DNA of 64,000 nucleotides from an uncultured archaeon. Lineage in GTDB: Archaea > Asgardarchaeota > Lokiarchaeia > Sigyniarchaeales > SOKP01. Where the stretch lies: the NCBI GenBank assembly GCA_964486045.1, contig CAZALK010000013.1:46841-110840 (forward strand). Reading direction: 5' to 3'. The translations under genes and the position numbers were made by a program. The first letter of the stretch is position 1. Every line of letters starts with the position of its first letter. The notes beneath the pieces were generated by a model. The model did no database searches, was not told where the DNA came from, and saw only the letters and a list, made by a program, of their open reading frames with translations. Shown here piece by piece: positions 21,014 through 31,044 of this stretch.

Positions 21014-21835
21014 TTAATCTCGAATAAACTCATAGGAACCGTTATATTGGTTTGCCTTTTGTTCGATAATTTCCAAGGCATCAGATAATATATTTTCAGC
21101 ATCTAAATAATCTTTAGTTGTCACTTCTAATCGGTAAAAGGGTGCAGCTATATAACTAATCTTTAGATAACGACTTTCTTTTGATTCAATAACCTTCAAC
21201 GCATCTAGTAAAGATTCTTTAATTTTATCAATTCCGTTTTCCGAATTATAGGATAATTTCACCTTACCAGATATACATACTGTTGAAATTTGTACATTTT
21301 CATCTACGATTTTTAATAAGGCTTTTTTTGCTTTATCTGAGACGTCATCTAGTTGATCTAATAATTCTTCTCCATTTTCCTTAAGATTTTCTATAGCTAC
21401 TTGATAATTTTCAAATAAATTTACAATTGGAAAGCCTATTTTGTCATATGCCTCATCGAGAGTCATATTAATTCCTTCGGTCTCTGTAAGAAATTGTAGT
21501 AAATTCTCAAATTTCACGGCATACTTCCATTCTTTTAACCTTATTTCTTTCTGTGCGGAGTTTACTCTTCTTAAGGACATATCTACATGACCTTTGCTTG
21601 GATCAATGCGCACTACTCGCAATACTACTCTTTGACCAATTCGAACAAAGTTTCGTATATTTTTAATCCATCTAGAACTGATTTCTGAAATATGAATCAT
21701 TCCCCTCGCAGCTTCCTCAGAAGGTAACCCTTCATAACCAATTAAATCAACATAAACGTATTGTTTCTCAACCTCTGTTACTTTAGCTACTACAAACTCT
21801 CCTTCTTTTGGAAACTTCGCTTGATTCTTTACCAT
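21014..21835 (-). CDS. eif2a: Translation initiation factor 2 subunit alpha
   Basis: FPKEGEFVV, HISEISSRWIKNIR, KGHVDMSLRRV, AAPFYR. Confidence 0.96.
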   Translation of the reverse strand: MVKNQAKFPKEGEFVVAKVTEVEKQYVYVDLIGYEGLPSEEAARGMIHISEISSRWIKNIRNFVRIGQRVVLRVVRIDPSKGHVDMSLRRVNSAQKEIRLKEWKYAVKFENLLQFLTETEGINMTLDEAYDKIGFPIVNLFENYQVAIENLKENGEELLDQLDDVSDKAKKALLKIVDENVQISTVCISGKVKLSYNSENGIDKIKESLLDALKVIESKESRYLKISYIAAPFYRLEVTTKDYLDAENILSDALEIIEQKANQYNGSYEFIRD

Positions 21836-22204
21836 GATAATTTAAAAATTGTTATTCTTCTTCTTTTTATACAAATTAAATATATTAACACACTATAGTT
21901 TTTTATTTTTATTATATTATCCACTAAGAACTTAAAGTATTTGTAGTCAACTTCTAAAAACTATTTATGCTCAGATGAGTGAAAATGTCATAAAACAAAA
22001 GCTAAGATATAATTTATCAAAAAAAGAAGTATAAAACTATTTATAAAGTGAGTTTAGGTATCAAAAACTCTCAGTTATCTGTAAAATATAGTAAAAAATA
22101 TAAACTCATCCGCATTAACAATTATCATCTATTAAAAATTAATTTAATTCAGAATCATAATATTAAAAATATAAATTTTATAATATAGAGGAAATTGATG
22201 AAAA

Positions 22205-23542
22205 ATGCCAACCAATAAACCTCATTTGAATCTAGTTGTTATTGGCCATATCGACCATGGTAAATCGACTTTGATGGGTGCGTTGCTCATAGAATCAGGT
22301 GCAGTAACCGATAGAGAAGCTCGCGAATTAGAATCGCTTGCAAAAGAATACGAAAGAGATTCTTGGTCTTACGCCTTCGTTTTTGACAAGCTTAAGGAAG
22401 AAAGACAACGGGGAATTACTATTGATTTAGCTTTTCGTAAGTTTGAGACTTCTAGTCGATACTTTACGATTATTGATGCACCAGGCCATGCAGACTTTGT
22501 AAAGAACATGATAACGGGAGCCTCTCAAGCAGATGCTGCTATTCTAGTCGTTTCTGGAAAGAAAGGTGAAATGGAAGTTGGAGTTGCTGCGAATGGTCAA
22601 ACACGTGAACACGCATATTTAGCACAGACCTTAGGTGTAAAACAACTCGTCGTTGCCGTAAATAAAGCTGACGTTTATGAATATAGTGAAACTAGGTTTA
22701 ATGAAGTAAAAGAATCAGTCGGAGATCTTCTCAAAAATATTGGTTTTAAGCTTAAAGATGTACCTTTTATCCCCACAAGTGGGATGGCAATGGACAACTT
22801 ATCAAAGAAAAGCGACAAACTTTCTTGGTATGATGGTCCTACTTTAATTGAAGCTCTCGACCAATTTGTGCTTCCTGAAAAGCCAACTGGCAAACCTCTA
22901 AGAGTTCCTATTCAAGATGCTTATAGCATCAAAGGACAAGGTGTAGTTCCTGTTGGTAGAATTGAAACGGGAGTGTTAAAGAAAGGAGATACTGTTATAA
23001 TCATGCCCACCGGCTTCCAAGGTGAAATAAGATCAATTGAAATGCACCATGAAGAAATAGATCAAGCTGAACCTGGTGATAACGTAGGTTTCCTTATCAG
23101 AGGGCTTTCGCTAGAAGATGCTAGCCGGGGAGATTGTATGGGTCATCCAACTGATGTTCCTACAGTAATTAACCCCAATGGAAAATGGACAGGACAAGTC
23201 ATTGTAATATGGCATCCTACTGCTATCGCACAAGGTTATACACCTGTTGTTCATGCACACACAGCTCAAGTTGCCGCCAAATTCACCGGCTTATTGAAAA
23301 AACTAGATCAGAAAACTGGTGCGGTTATTGAAGATTCCCCTAAGTTTATCAAGAGAAATGAAGCCGCAATTGTTGAGTTATCTCCAATTAAGAAAATGTG
23401 CCTCGAGAAATATGAAAGTTTTCCAGAAATGGGTAGGTTCGCCGTTCGGGATATGAGCCGTACCGTTTGTGTTGGAATCGTAAAAGACATTGATCCAGGA
23501 ACCTCGGTTGTAGACGAGAAGAAATTAGACGAGAAGAAATAA
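22205..23542 (+). CDS. tuf: Elongation factor 1-alpha
   Basis: GHIDHGKST, RGITID, DAPGH, NKAD, GRFAVRDM. Confidence 0.98.
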   Translation: MPTNKPHLNLVVIGHIDHGKSTLMGALLIESGAVTDREARELESLAKEYERDSWSYAFVFDKLKEERQRGITIDLAFRKFETSSRYFTIIDAPGHADFVKNMITGASQADAAILVVSGKKGEMEVGVAANGQTREHAYLAQTLGVKQLVVAVNKADVYEYSETRFNEVKESVGDLLKNIGFKLKDVPFIPTSGMAMDNLSKKSDKLSWYDGPTLIEALDQFVLPEKPTGKPLRVPIQDAYSIKGQGVVPVGRIETGVLKKGDTVIIMPTGFQGEIRSIEMHHEEIDQAEPGDNVGFLIRGLSLEDASRGDCMGHPTDVPTVINPNGKWTGQVIVIWHPTAIAQGYTPVVHAHTAQVAAKFTGLLKKLDQKTGAVIEDSPKFIKRNEAAIVELSPIKKMCLEKYESFPEMGRFAVRDMSRTVCVGIVKDIDPGTSVVDEKKLDEKK

Positions 23543-23738
23543 ACCCCTTTTTTTTGACTAATTTTATTTTATCCTTATTTTAAATTGACTATTTTTTGAA
23601 AATATAATCATTTCCAACTTGTTTATTTTCACTTTAAAGTAGTGAAAGCATTTAATCTAGATGGTTTTTCATTTCTTTTTGCACCCCTTTAAATCCAAAT
23701 TTGAGCTTTCTTGATGTTTTAATCGAAACTCTCATGAC

Positions 23739-24296
23739 ATGTCAATATTATTTGAATTTTTGAAGCTGAGATTACGTTTTCTACTTAATAAAGTTCTATT
23801 TAGAAAAGGTCGAACAGCAATTCTCACGACAAAATCAAAAATATGCATTTTAGGGATGAGTAGTGTGGGTAAGTCTTCATTACTATCTTTACTTCAGGGG
23901 AGAGAACTTTCGAAAGAAGCAGATCCCACTGTAGGATTAGAAATCGAAGATTCAATTCTAAATGGTAGGAAGACAAGCATCTGGGACTTTGGCGGTCAGG
24001 GGCGTTATAGGTTCATGTGGCAAGATTTCTTGAGAGGAGCAGGTTTAACTGTTTTAGTATGTGATTCAACAGAAGAAAACATAGAAAAAACTAAGGAAAT
24101 TTATAGAAAGTTTTCTCGGTATTTAAGTTCGAAAATAATAGCTATAGCAAACAAGCAAGATCTTCCCGGGGCCCTTAGCACTGATCTAGTTCAAGAAAAA
24201 TTAGGAATACCCACGTATGGAATGTCTGCGATAAGGGTGGACTTGCGTGGAAGAATTAAACGCATTATAGAATATGAAATTGATGCAAAAGAATAA
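23739..24296 (+). CDS. Arf-like small GTPase (eukaryotic-signature type)
   Basis: GMSSVGKSS, PTVG, WDFGGQ, NKQDL, SA motifs. Confidence 0.9.
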   Translation: MSILFEFLKLRLRFLLNKVLFRKGRTAILTTKSKICILGMSSVGKSSLLSLLQGRELSKEADPTVGLEIEDSILNGRKTSIWDFGGQGRYRFMWQDFLRGAGLTVLVCDSTEENIEKTKEIYRKFSRYLSSKIIAIANKQDLPGALSTDLVQEKLGIPTYGMSAIRVDLRGRIKRIIEYEIDAKE

Positions 24297-24303
24297 AGCT
24301 GAG

Positions 24304-24864
24304 CTAACCCAATCTCCCAATCAAATGGGCAATTCTAAGACATTCTGGCAATTTTGAATCTATACAAACTTTTTGTAATAATGACTCTATTTCTTTAATT
24401 TTGATCCCCTTTTTATGAAAATATATAGTTGAGAGTCCACCAGCAGTCTTTATTTTAGTTTGGTAAAGATCTCCGGCATTTAATATGTATCGAATTTTTT
24501 CGTTAGATACAGTGGGAAACTTATTTTCTAGGGTTTTTATGACATTATCTAAATTAACTTCTCTTTCATTGAGAGCAACAATGGGCTTATTTAGTTCATT
24601 ATAGATCTTTTCGATATCAACAATATTAAATCCCCCAAATGTTATTGTATGCGTAAAGATGTATTGTACATGCTTGTCATTTTGGGCTACTAAATCGATT
24701 ATTCTCTCCGTTCCATCGTGTCCATCAATATTGATATCACTTTTCACTATATTTACTACCCTAATACCTTGACAGACAACACCAATTAGTCTGGTTGTCT
24801 TAGATCCAGACTTTAAACTAAAAGAAGCATCATCAAATCCAATAACAATAGGATTTTCTTTCAT
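24304..24864 (-). CDS. DUF99 family (endonuclease V-like) protein
   Basis: IGFDD, DGHDGT, ITFGGFNIVD, LPECLRIAHLI. Confidence 0.88.
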   Translation of the reverse strand: MKENPIVIGFDDASFSLKSGSKTTRLIGVVCQGIRVVNIVKSDINIDGHDGTERIIDLVAQNDKHVQYIFTHTITFGGFNIVDIEKIYNELNKPIVALNEREVNLDNVIKTLENKFPTVSNEKIRYILNAGDLYQTKIKTAGGLSTIYFHKKGIKIKEIESLLQKVCIDSKLPECLRIAHLIGRLG

Positions 24865-24869
24865 TTTTA

Positions 24870-25322
24870 TTATGGGTATTGTAATAATGTTTTAATCTTA
24901 ATTAACAATTTAGTGAAAGCCTTTGATGCATTTTTTATTTCTTCGCTTCGAATAGTTAAATTTCCAGATAAGTTCCTTGTTAAGAAATCAATAATTTCAT
25001 TTAAAGAAATTTTATTACTAATCCATACGTAAGCGACTAAAGCTTCTACTGTATCAGCAAGATCATGAGCATCAGCTCGAGATTTCGCAAAATCTTTCAT
25101 ATTTGCATTTTTTAATGAGTTAGATAGAATCTTCTTGCTAACTTTTAACCCTGTTCTTGAAATTTTGTTATTTATATTATTTCTGGTTAAAACTATCGAT
25201 TTAGCCATAGAGTAAGCAAGATTCACAATTCCATCACCAATCTTCGCTAAACCTTTATCGGTTCCTATAGCTTTTTGAGATTTATTGCTACTTAGATCTC
25301 TAATCAAAAACTCATAGTCCAT
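24870..25322 (-). CDS. Archaeal RNase III-like domain protein
   Basis: DKGLAKIGDGIVNL, ADTVEALVAY. Confidence 0.8.
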   Translation of the reverse strand: MDYEFLIRDLSSNKSQKAIGTDKGLAKIGDGIVNLAYSMAKSIVLTRNNINNKISRTGLKVSKKILSNSLKNANMKDFAKSRADAHDLADTVEALVAYVWISNKISLNEIIDFLTRNLSGNLTIRSEEIKNASKAFTKLLIKIKTLLQYP

Positions 25323-25382
25323 TAAGATCAGTTGAATTATGCAATCTTATAAAGTTTTCATATAAAAAGTGAAATTTAAGGA

Positions 25383-25898
25383 TTACATAATTTTTTGGAA
25401 TAGTTTTTGAGCTTCAAGCGTTTCTTCTCTTAGAGATTCAATAGCTTCAAATATTATATCCTTAATTTTATGATTCCCACTATCTTCAAGACGAATAAAT
25501 ACTTGGGGTGGTACTATCCCGGTTATTTTATAAGCAGCTGCCTTTACACCTTCAGTATTTAATAAATGTTTAACAAGGATATTACAAAAACCATGAGATT
25601 GACCTTCTATACTCAATTCATAATCAATATCACCATGGGTTTTAATTAAATCTAATCTCAGATATTTATAGTCTGGATATCTAGGCTCTTCTTCTACTTC
25701 ATATGGTTCCTCTTCTTCTTCTTCCTCAGATTCAATGTCGCCCTCCCCGGTTAATGAAGAAGCCTTATCTTCATCAGAGGTTTTACTAGTCTTAGGGTAT
25801 TCGCTTAATACTTCCTCCTTCTCTAGAAGATCATCTTCTAAATCATCCAATTCTTCTTCATCTTCTCCTTCTTGTTTCGTCGTTTTTTTCTTTGCCAT
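25383..25898 (-). CDS. rpoL: RNA polymerase subunit L (Rpo11) with an acidic N-terminal extension
   Basis: IEGQSHGFCNILVKHLL...V.AAAYKI; csl4-DUF2067-rpoL synteny. Confidence 0.85.
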   Translation of the reverse strand: MAKKKTTKQEGEDEEELDDLEDDLLEKEEVLSEYPKTSKTSDEDKASSLTGEGDIESEEEEEEEPYEVEEEPRYPDYKYLRLDLIKTHGDIDYELSIEGQSHGFCNILVKHLLNTEGVKAAAYKITGIVPPQVFIRLEDSGNHKIKDIIFEAIESLREETLEAQKLFQKIM

Positions 25899-25994
25899 AT
25901 ATAAAACACCAAATTAATGGGATTTGATTACCTAAATAAAAAAAATTAACAATAAAATAAATTTTTTATGGTTTTATGCCCTAAAAGTAAAATT

Positions 25995-26213
25995 TTATAA
26001 CCACTGATTTGCCAAATCTTTTAATCTTTCAATTGCTAGATATTGAAGATCTCGAGAACCAAATAAAGTAATTTTTATGTTTTTTCCCTCAACAATCACA
26101 TTCAAATTTAGATAGGTAATCTTTTTTTGTATGTTCTCAAGAAATGCAATTGCATTATCTAAAGAACCACTATTATTGTAGAAATGAATAACTTTTTTAC
26201 CTATTTTTCTCAA
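25995..26213 (-). CDS. Small conserved protein (DUF2067-like)
   Basis: Lies between csl4 and rpoL; IKITLFGSRD motif. Confidence 0.6.
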   Translation of the reverse strand: MRKIGKKVIHFYNNSGSLDNAIAFLENIQKKITYLNLNVIVEGKNIKITLFGSRDLQYLAIERLKDLANQWL

Positions 26214-26272
26214 CAGAGGTCACACTTTATTATTAACAACCTTATTAATATTTATTTTAGGCTATATTACCA

Positions 26273-26881
26273 TTAGAACCTGAAATGTTGATCGATTTGT
26301 CTATAATCATTAGCCAATTTCCTCGTTTCTTGATTTCCACATCTCTCACAACGAAGTTTATTATAGCTAATTTTTACAAGAGGAGTTCCACAAATAACAC
26401 AATCTGCATATAATACTCCTAGATACTTTTCACTTGTACTTAGATCATACTCATTATAATTGAATTTTATCACACGAGCTCTAATTATGTCTGTAATTTG
26501 AAAAGCTTCTTGTATTTTTTCAACATATCTATCTGAGATTTGAGACACATGAATATTACCAAAATTACCTGAATTGAAATGAACTTTTCTGTTTATTGTA
26601 TAGAAATTTATCCCAACAGAATATTGGCGTAAGAATAAAATTGCACCAATTACAACATCCCCAAGTTTTATAATTTTTCGTTTTTCTTCTCGGAGCGTGT
26701 TGATTTTTATTTTTCGTTTCTCATTATCAATATCAAGTAAACCTGATTTCGTTGAGTAGATCTGCCCATCTTTCACAAAAGTCGATTGTTTATCGGGAAG
26801 AAATTCCTCAACCACTCCAAGTTTTTGGCCCGTTAAGACGATATCATTATTTTTTAAAGCTTTATTCTCCACTTTTATCAA
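26273..26881 (-). CDS. csl4: Exosome RNA-binding protein Csl4
   Basis: GQKLGVVEEF, IHVSQIS, DIIRARV, LGVLYADC..CG...C..CG..ETRKLA. Confidence 0.94.
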   Translation of the reverse strand: MIKVENKALKNNDIVLTGQKLGVVEEFLPDKQSTFVKDGQIYSTKSGLLDIDNEKRKIKINTLREEKRKIIKLGDVVIGAILFLRQYSVGINFYTINRKVHFNSGNFGNIHVSQISDRYVEKIQEAFQITDIIRARVIKFNYNEYDLSTSEKYLGVLYADCVICGTPLVKISYNKLRCERCGNQETRKLANDYRQIDQHFRF

Positions 26882-26986
26882 CGTTAATCTTATAATTTCC
26901 CAATTTCTTTCTATCTTAAGTATATAGTATTAAATAATATAAATAAATTTATTGAATTAATTGTAAAAGAGTTAACATTTTTTCGG

Positions 26987-27649
26987 ATGAAAATCAACAA
27001 GAAAGAATTAATCTCTATCATCCAAAACACTGAATCATTTATTAAACCTAAAATTGAGCTGGAACAGTATTGTATTGATGCTACAAGTACTATTGATATT
27101 ATATTTTTTGCAGGTTTTGAATACAATGATATAACAAATAGATTTGTTGTTGACCTCGGATCAGGAACCGGAAGGTTATCTATAGCAAGTGCATACTTAA
27201 ACGCGAATGCAATTTTGAGTGTAGATATTGATTTTGATGCGCTACGTTCTTTACAACGTAATATAAAAAGCTTAGGTTTGGAGAATATCATATTCCCTTT
27301 ATGTGCGGATGTAGGGCATTTTGAAATGTTTAAAAAGCTCTTAATGAGAGACGTAAGGATTACTACAATAATGAATCCTCCTTTTGGAGTACAAAAAAGG
27401 AAAGCTGATAGAAGTTTTTTAGAAAAGGCATTTTCTTTTTCAGATGTGGTATATTCAATTCATTTGGCAGGAGAAAAGGTTTTTAATTTTATTTCTAAAT
27501 TCTGTGAAAAATCTAATTGGCGTATTGATAATTATTTTCCCTATAACATGACTCTCGAAAGATCTTTTAAATTTCATACAAAAAAAACAAAATTAATTGA
27601 AGTAAATGTGTTTAGATTTGTAAAAAATAAAATAAATAATTTAAAATGA
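26987..27649 (+). CDS. METTL5-family N6-adenine RNA methyltransferase
   Basis: PKIELEQY, DLGSGTGRL, MNPPFG. Confidence 0.9.
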   Translation: MKINKKELISIIQNTESFIKPKIELEQYCIDATSTIDIIFFAGFEYNDITNRFVVDLGSGTGRLSIASAYLNANAILSVDIDFDALRSLQRNIKSLGLENIIFPLCADVGHFEMFKKLLMRDVRITTIMNPPFGVQKRKADRSFLEKAFSFSDVVYSIHLAGEKVFNFISKFCEKSNWRIDNYFPYNMTLERSFKFHTKKTKLIEVNVFRFVKNKINNLK

Positions 27650-27662
27650 AATTTAAGTTGGT

Positions 27663-28967
27663 TTATTGAAATTTATTCCATGAATCTAAATTTTTCGGGT
27701 AAATTGCTTTATTTCCTAGTTCTTCCTCGATTCTGAGCAATTGATTAAACTTGCTTGTTCGATCCGACCTCGCTGTTGCTCCTGTTTTTAGCTGTCCTGT
27801 GCATAAACCAACTGCTAGATCTGCGATGAAAGTATCTTCAGTCTCTCCAGAACGGTGAGATACCATTACATTAAACTTATTTTCAAAAGACATCTTACAT
27901 GCGTTAATAGCTTCTGTTAAAGAACCGATTTGATTCACCTTTAACAATAATGCATTTCCCGCTTTATCGTTAATAGCTCTTTGTAAAATTTTAATGTTAG
28001 TTACAGTTAAATCATCATCCACAATTTGCATTGTTTTATCGATCTTTGCTGTTAGGTTTGCAAAATTTCTAAAGTCTTTTTCATCAAACGGGTCCTCAAT
28101 TGATTTAAATGGGTAATCTTGGATTAAATCGAGATAATACTGCAGTAATTCTTCTTCCCTTAATTTCTTCCCGTCAATGCTGTAAATACCTTCCTCATAA
28201 AATTCACTTGCGGCTGCATCCATTCCTAAGACAAAATCAGTTCCCATTAAAAATCCAGCTTCTTCAATTGCGCTTATTATAATTTCAACCGCTTCAGACG
28301 TTAAAGATAAATTCGGTGCAAAACCACCTTCATCCCCAACATTAATTGCTGATCGTCCGTATTTTTTGGCTAACAATATTTTCAATGTTTGATAAACTTC
28401 AGCTACATTTTGTATAGCATTTGAAAATGATCCGGCACCAATAGGTAAAATCATAAATTCTTGGATGGCTAAATTATTACCGCCATGTTCACCACCATTT
28501 ATGATATTACAAGAGGGTAATGGGAGGAGATAGTCTTCTCTTGTTTTATTAAATGCTAATCTATGTATGTGAGTGTATAATGGTATTTCTGACAATTTAG
28601 CAGCTAACTTAGCTACTGCTAACGACACAGATAAAATGGCATTTGCACCTATATTACTTTTATTTTCGGTTCCATCAATGCTAATCATTTTTTCATCTAT
28701 TTTTTCTTGTTCCCGTACATCAAAACCTATTAACTTTTTGCTTAAAATTTCATTAACATTAGTTACAGCTTTAGTAACATGCTTACCTTTAAAAGCTTTT
28801 CCACCATCACGTAACTCAAGAGCCTCTAACACTCCTGTAGATGCTCCAGAAGGGACTGCCGCTCTCGAATAAATTTTTCCGGCATAAACATCAGATTCTA
28901 CAGTTGGATTTCCTCGTGAGTCTAGAATCCATCGGGACTTTATATTTGTTATTTTGAATTCGGTCAT
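27663..28967 (-). CDS. eno: Enolase
   Basis: DSRGNPTVE, VPSGASTG, GDEGGFAP, LLKVNQIG, SHRSGETED. Confidence 0.98.
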   Translation of the reverse strand: MTEFKITNIKSRWILDSRGNPTVESDVYAGKIYSRAAVPSGASTGVLEALELRDGGKAFKGKHVTKAVTNVNEILSKKLIGFDVREQEKIDEKMISIDGTENKSNIGANAILSVSLAVAKLAAKLSEIPLYTHIHRLAFNKTREDYLLPLPSCNIINGGEHGGNNLAIQEFMILPIGAGSFSNAIQNVAEVYQTLKILLAKKYGRSAINVGDEGGFAPNLSLTSEAVEIIISAIEEAGFLMGTDFVLGMDAAASEFYEEGIYSIDGKKLREEELLQYYLDLIQDYPFKSIEDPFDEKDFRNFANLTAKIDKTMQIVDDDLTVTNIKILQRAINDKAGNALLLKVNQIGSLTEAINACKMSFENKFNVMVSHRSGETEDTFIADLAVGLCTGQLKTGATARSDRTSKFNQLLRIEEELGNKAIYPKNLDSWNKFQ

Positions 28968-29072
28968 AAATATCTTGTATTTTTTTTTTAATCGATATGA
29001 ATATTAATAAGGAATTAAGAAAATTTAATTCTTAATATAAACTCTTAAAATTTAAATTCATCTACTGAAAAA

Positions 29073-30044
29073 ATGTCTCTTGAGAATAGACCTTTCGTAG
29101 AGAAGTACAGACCAAAGCTTTTGGATGATATCGTGAATCAAGAAGGTATCATTAAGCGTCTTAAACAATTCATTAAAGATAAGTCTATGCCTCATCTTAT
29201 CTTTGCGGGTCCCGCTGGAACAGGAAAGACAACTTCAGCACTAGCCATGGTTCGAGAATTGTATAAACGGAAGAAAACAGCTAAACAGGCATATTTAGAA
29301 TTGAATGCGAGTGATGCGCGAGGAATTGATGTCATAAGGACTTATATCAAGGATTTTGCAAAAGCACGTCCATCCTCAGAAGTACCTTTTAAAATTCTTA
29401 TCTTAGATGAAGCTGATAACATGACCTCCCCTGCTCAACAAGCTTTAAGGAGGACAATGGAAAAGTACACAAAAAATTGCAGAATGATCTTAATTTGTAA
29501 TTATTCAAATAAAATAATCCCGCCTATTCAATCTAGATGTGTCGTATTTAGATTTTCATCTTTAGGTAGTGAAGATATAAAAAAGAGAGTGAACTATGTT
29601 GCAAATAAAGAAGGAATTACACTCACTCCTGAAGGTTTACTTGCTTTAATAAACGTTTCTAAGGGAGATTGTAGAAGGGCAATAAATTATCTACAGTCCT
29701 GTGGAACAATTTCTAAAAAGATTGATAAAGATGTTGTCTTTAGAGTAGCTGGGGAAGTTCCCCCAGAAAAAATCAAAATAATTTTAAAAACGGCTTTAAA
29801 AGGGCAGTTGCAATTATCTATTGAACAATTAAATGATTTGATCAGAGAATATGGTCTGTCAGGACAGAATATAATAAAAAACATCCACAGAGAAATTTAT
29901 GAATTAAATATTGCTGAGAGAATGAAAATTGAGCTATCAAAACTTTTAGCTGAATTTGAGTACCGTTTAAGTCAAGGTGGGACGGAAGAAATACAGTTAC
30001 AAGCATTGTTAGCTAAAATTATTATGTTGAAAGAGTCTGAATAG
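29073..30044 (+). CDS. rfcS: Replication factor C small subunit
   Basis: EKYRP, GPAGTGKTT, ELNASDARG, LDEAD, QALRRTME, SRC. Confidence 0.97.
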   Translation: MSLENRPFVEKYRPKLLDDIVNQEGIIKRLKQFIKDKSMPHLIFAGPAGTGKTTSALAMVRELYKRKKTAKQAYLELNASDARGIDVIRTYIKDFAKARPSSEVPFKILILDEADNMTSPAQQALRRTMEKYTKNCRMILICNYSNKIIPPIQSRCVVFRFSSLGSEDIKKRVNYVANKEGITLTPEGLLALINVSKGDCRRAINYLQSCGTISKKIDKDVVFRVAGEVPPEKIKIILKTALKGQLQLSIEQLNDLIREYGLSGQNIIKNIHREIYELNIAERMKIELSKLLAEFEYRLSQGGTEEIQLQALLAKIIMLKESE

Positions 30045-30854
30045 TTGGTGTTTGAATCCTGACACCAATTCTTTCTTTAAAAAAAAATCCCCCATTCTAT
30101 CTCTCGATTTCCTATCTTCTTTTAATTGAATTTTTTTTCCAAATTCAACATCCCATAAAACTAATCCTCTTGGATGTGACGGTTGATAAGAAATATTTTT
30201 TGTGGGATCGAGCAAATCTAGGAAATCCTCATACTTAATTTTTCCCACTCCTAATTCCAAGATTTTTTTAACCATCCGACGAACTTGCTGCCTTAAAAAA
30301 GCCCTACTTTTAAATTGTAATATTATATAATTTTTTTTCATCGATAAATCAACAAAATTCATATCTCTCACAGTATTTTTTTCATCCTTATCTCTTTTTG
30401 AGAAATTTACGAAATCATGTTTTCCTTTCAATTGCCTACAAGCTTTTTGCATTATATTAATATCAATTTCTGTGGTTTTTTGGAAAGAAATAAGTGGGAT
30501 CGGGATTATGTATAAATAATGGCGTGAAATAGCGTTATATCGTGATAAAAAATTTATCGGTACTTTTGCATAAGCCCAAACTCCAATTTCAATGGGTAAT
30601 GCTGAGTTAATTTCCATTAAGATTGGTTTTTTTTCTAGAATGCAAGTGAAACAAGCACCTCGAGCAGATACGCGTCTATCAGTTCTACTTGCTGCTTCAA
30701 AACCCGAATCCTTAAATTTGTTTATATACTTCTTTTTCTTAAGCGCTGCTAAAATACAATCTTCGATTGTTAGAAGTTGGGGTTGTCTTTGAGAACCATA
30801 ATATTTCGATTTCCCAAAATAGTACATTTTAAAAATATATCTGTTTTTTTCCAT
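30009..30854 (-). CDS. truA: tRNA pseudouridine(38-40) synthase
   Basis: Y.GSQRQP, SRTD..VSA, GKHDFVNFS, FLRQQVRRMV. Confidence 0.92.
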   Translation of the reverse strand: MEKNRYIFKMYYFGKSKYYGSQRQPQLLTIEDCILAALKKKKYINKFKDSGFEAASRTDRRVSARGACFTCILEKKPILMEINSALPIEIGVWAYAKVPINFLSRYNAISRHYLYIIPIPLISFQKTTEIDINIMQKACRQLKGKHDFVNFSKRDKDEKNTVRDMNFVDLSMKKNYIILQFKSRAFLRQQVRRMVKKILELGVGKIKYEDFLDLLDPTKNISYQPSHPRGLVLWDVEFGKKIQLKEDRKSRDRMGDFFLKKELVSGFKHQLFRLFQHNNFS

Positions 30855-31044
30855 AGTTTTTACTCTCGTTCTAATAACTCATATTAAGATTTTAAAAACT
30901 GCAAAATATTGATTCTCATTTACACAATTATGAATTTTGCGATATGTCAAATTAAAAAAAAACATTTTAATCCGAAGGACATTTTTTATATTCAAAATTT
31001 AATTATGGATATTAAAATATCAATTTATTAAATTATTAATTGAA

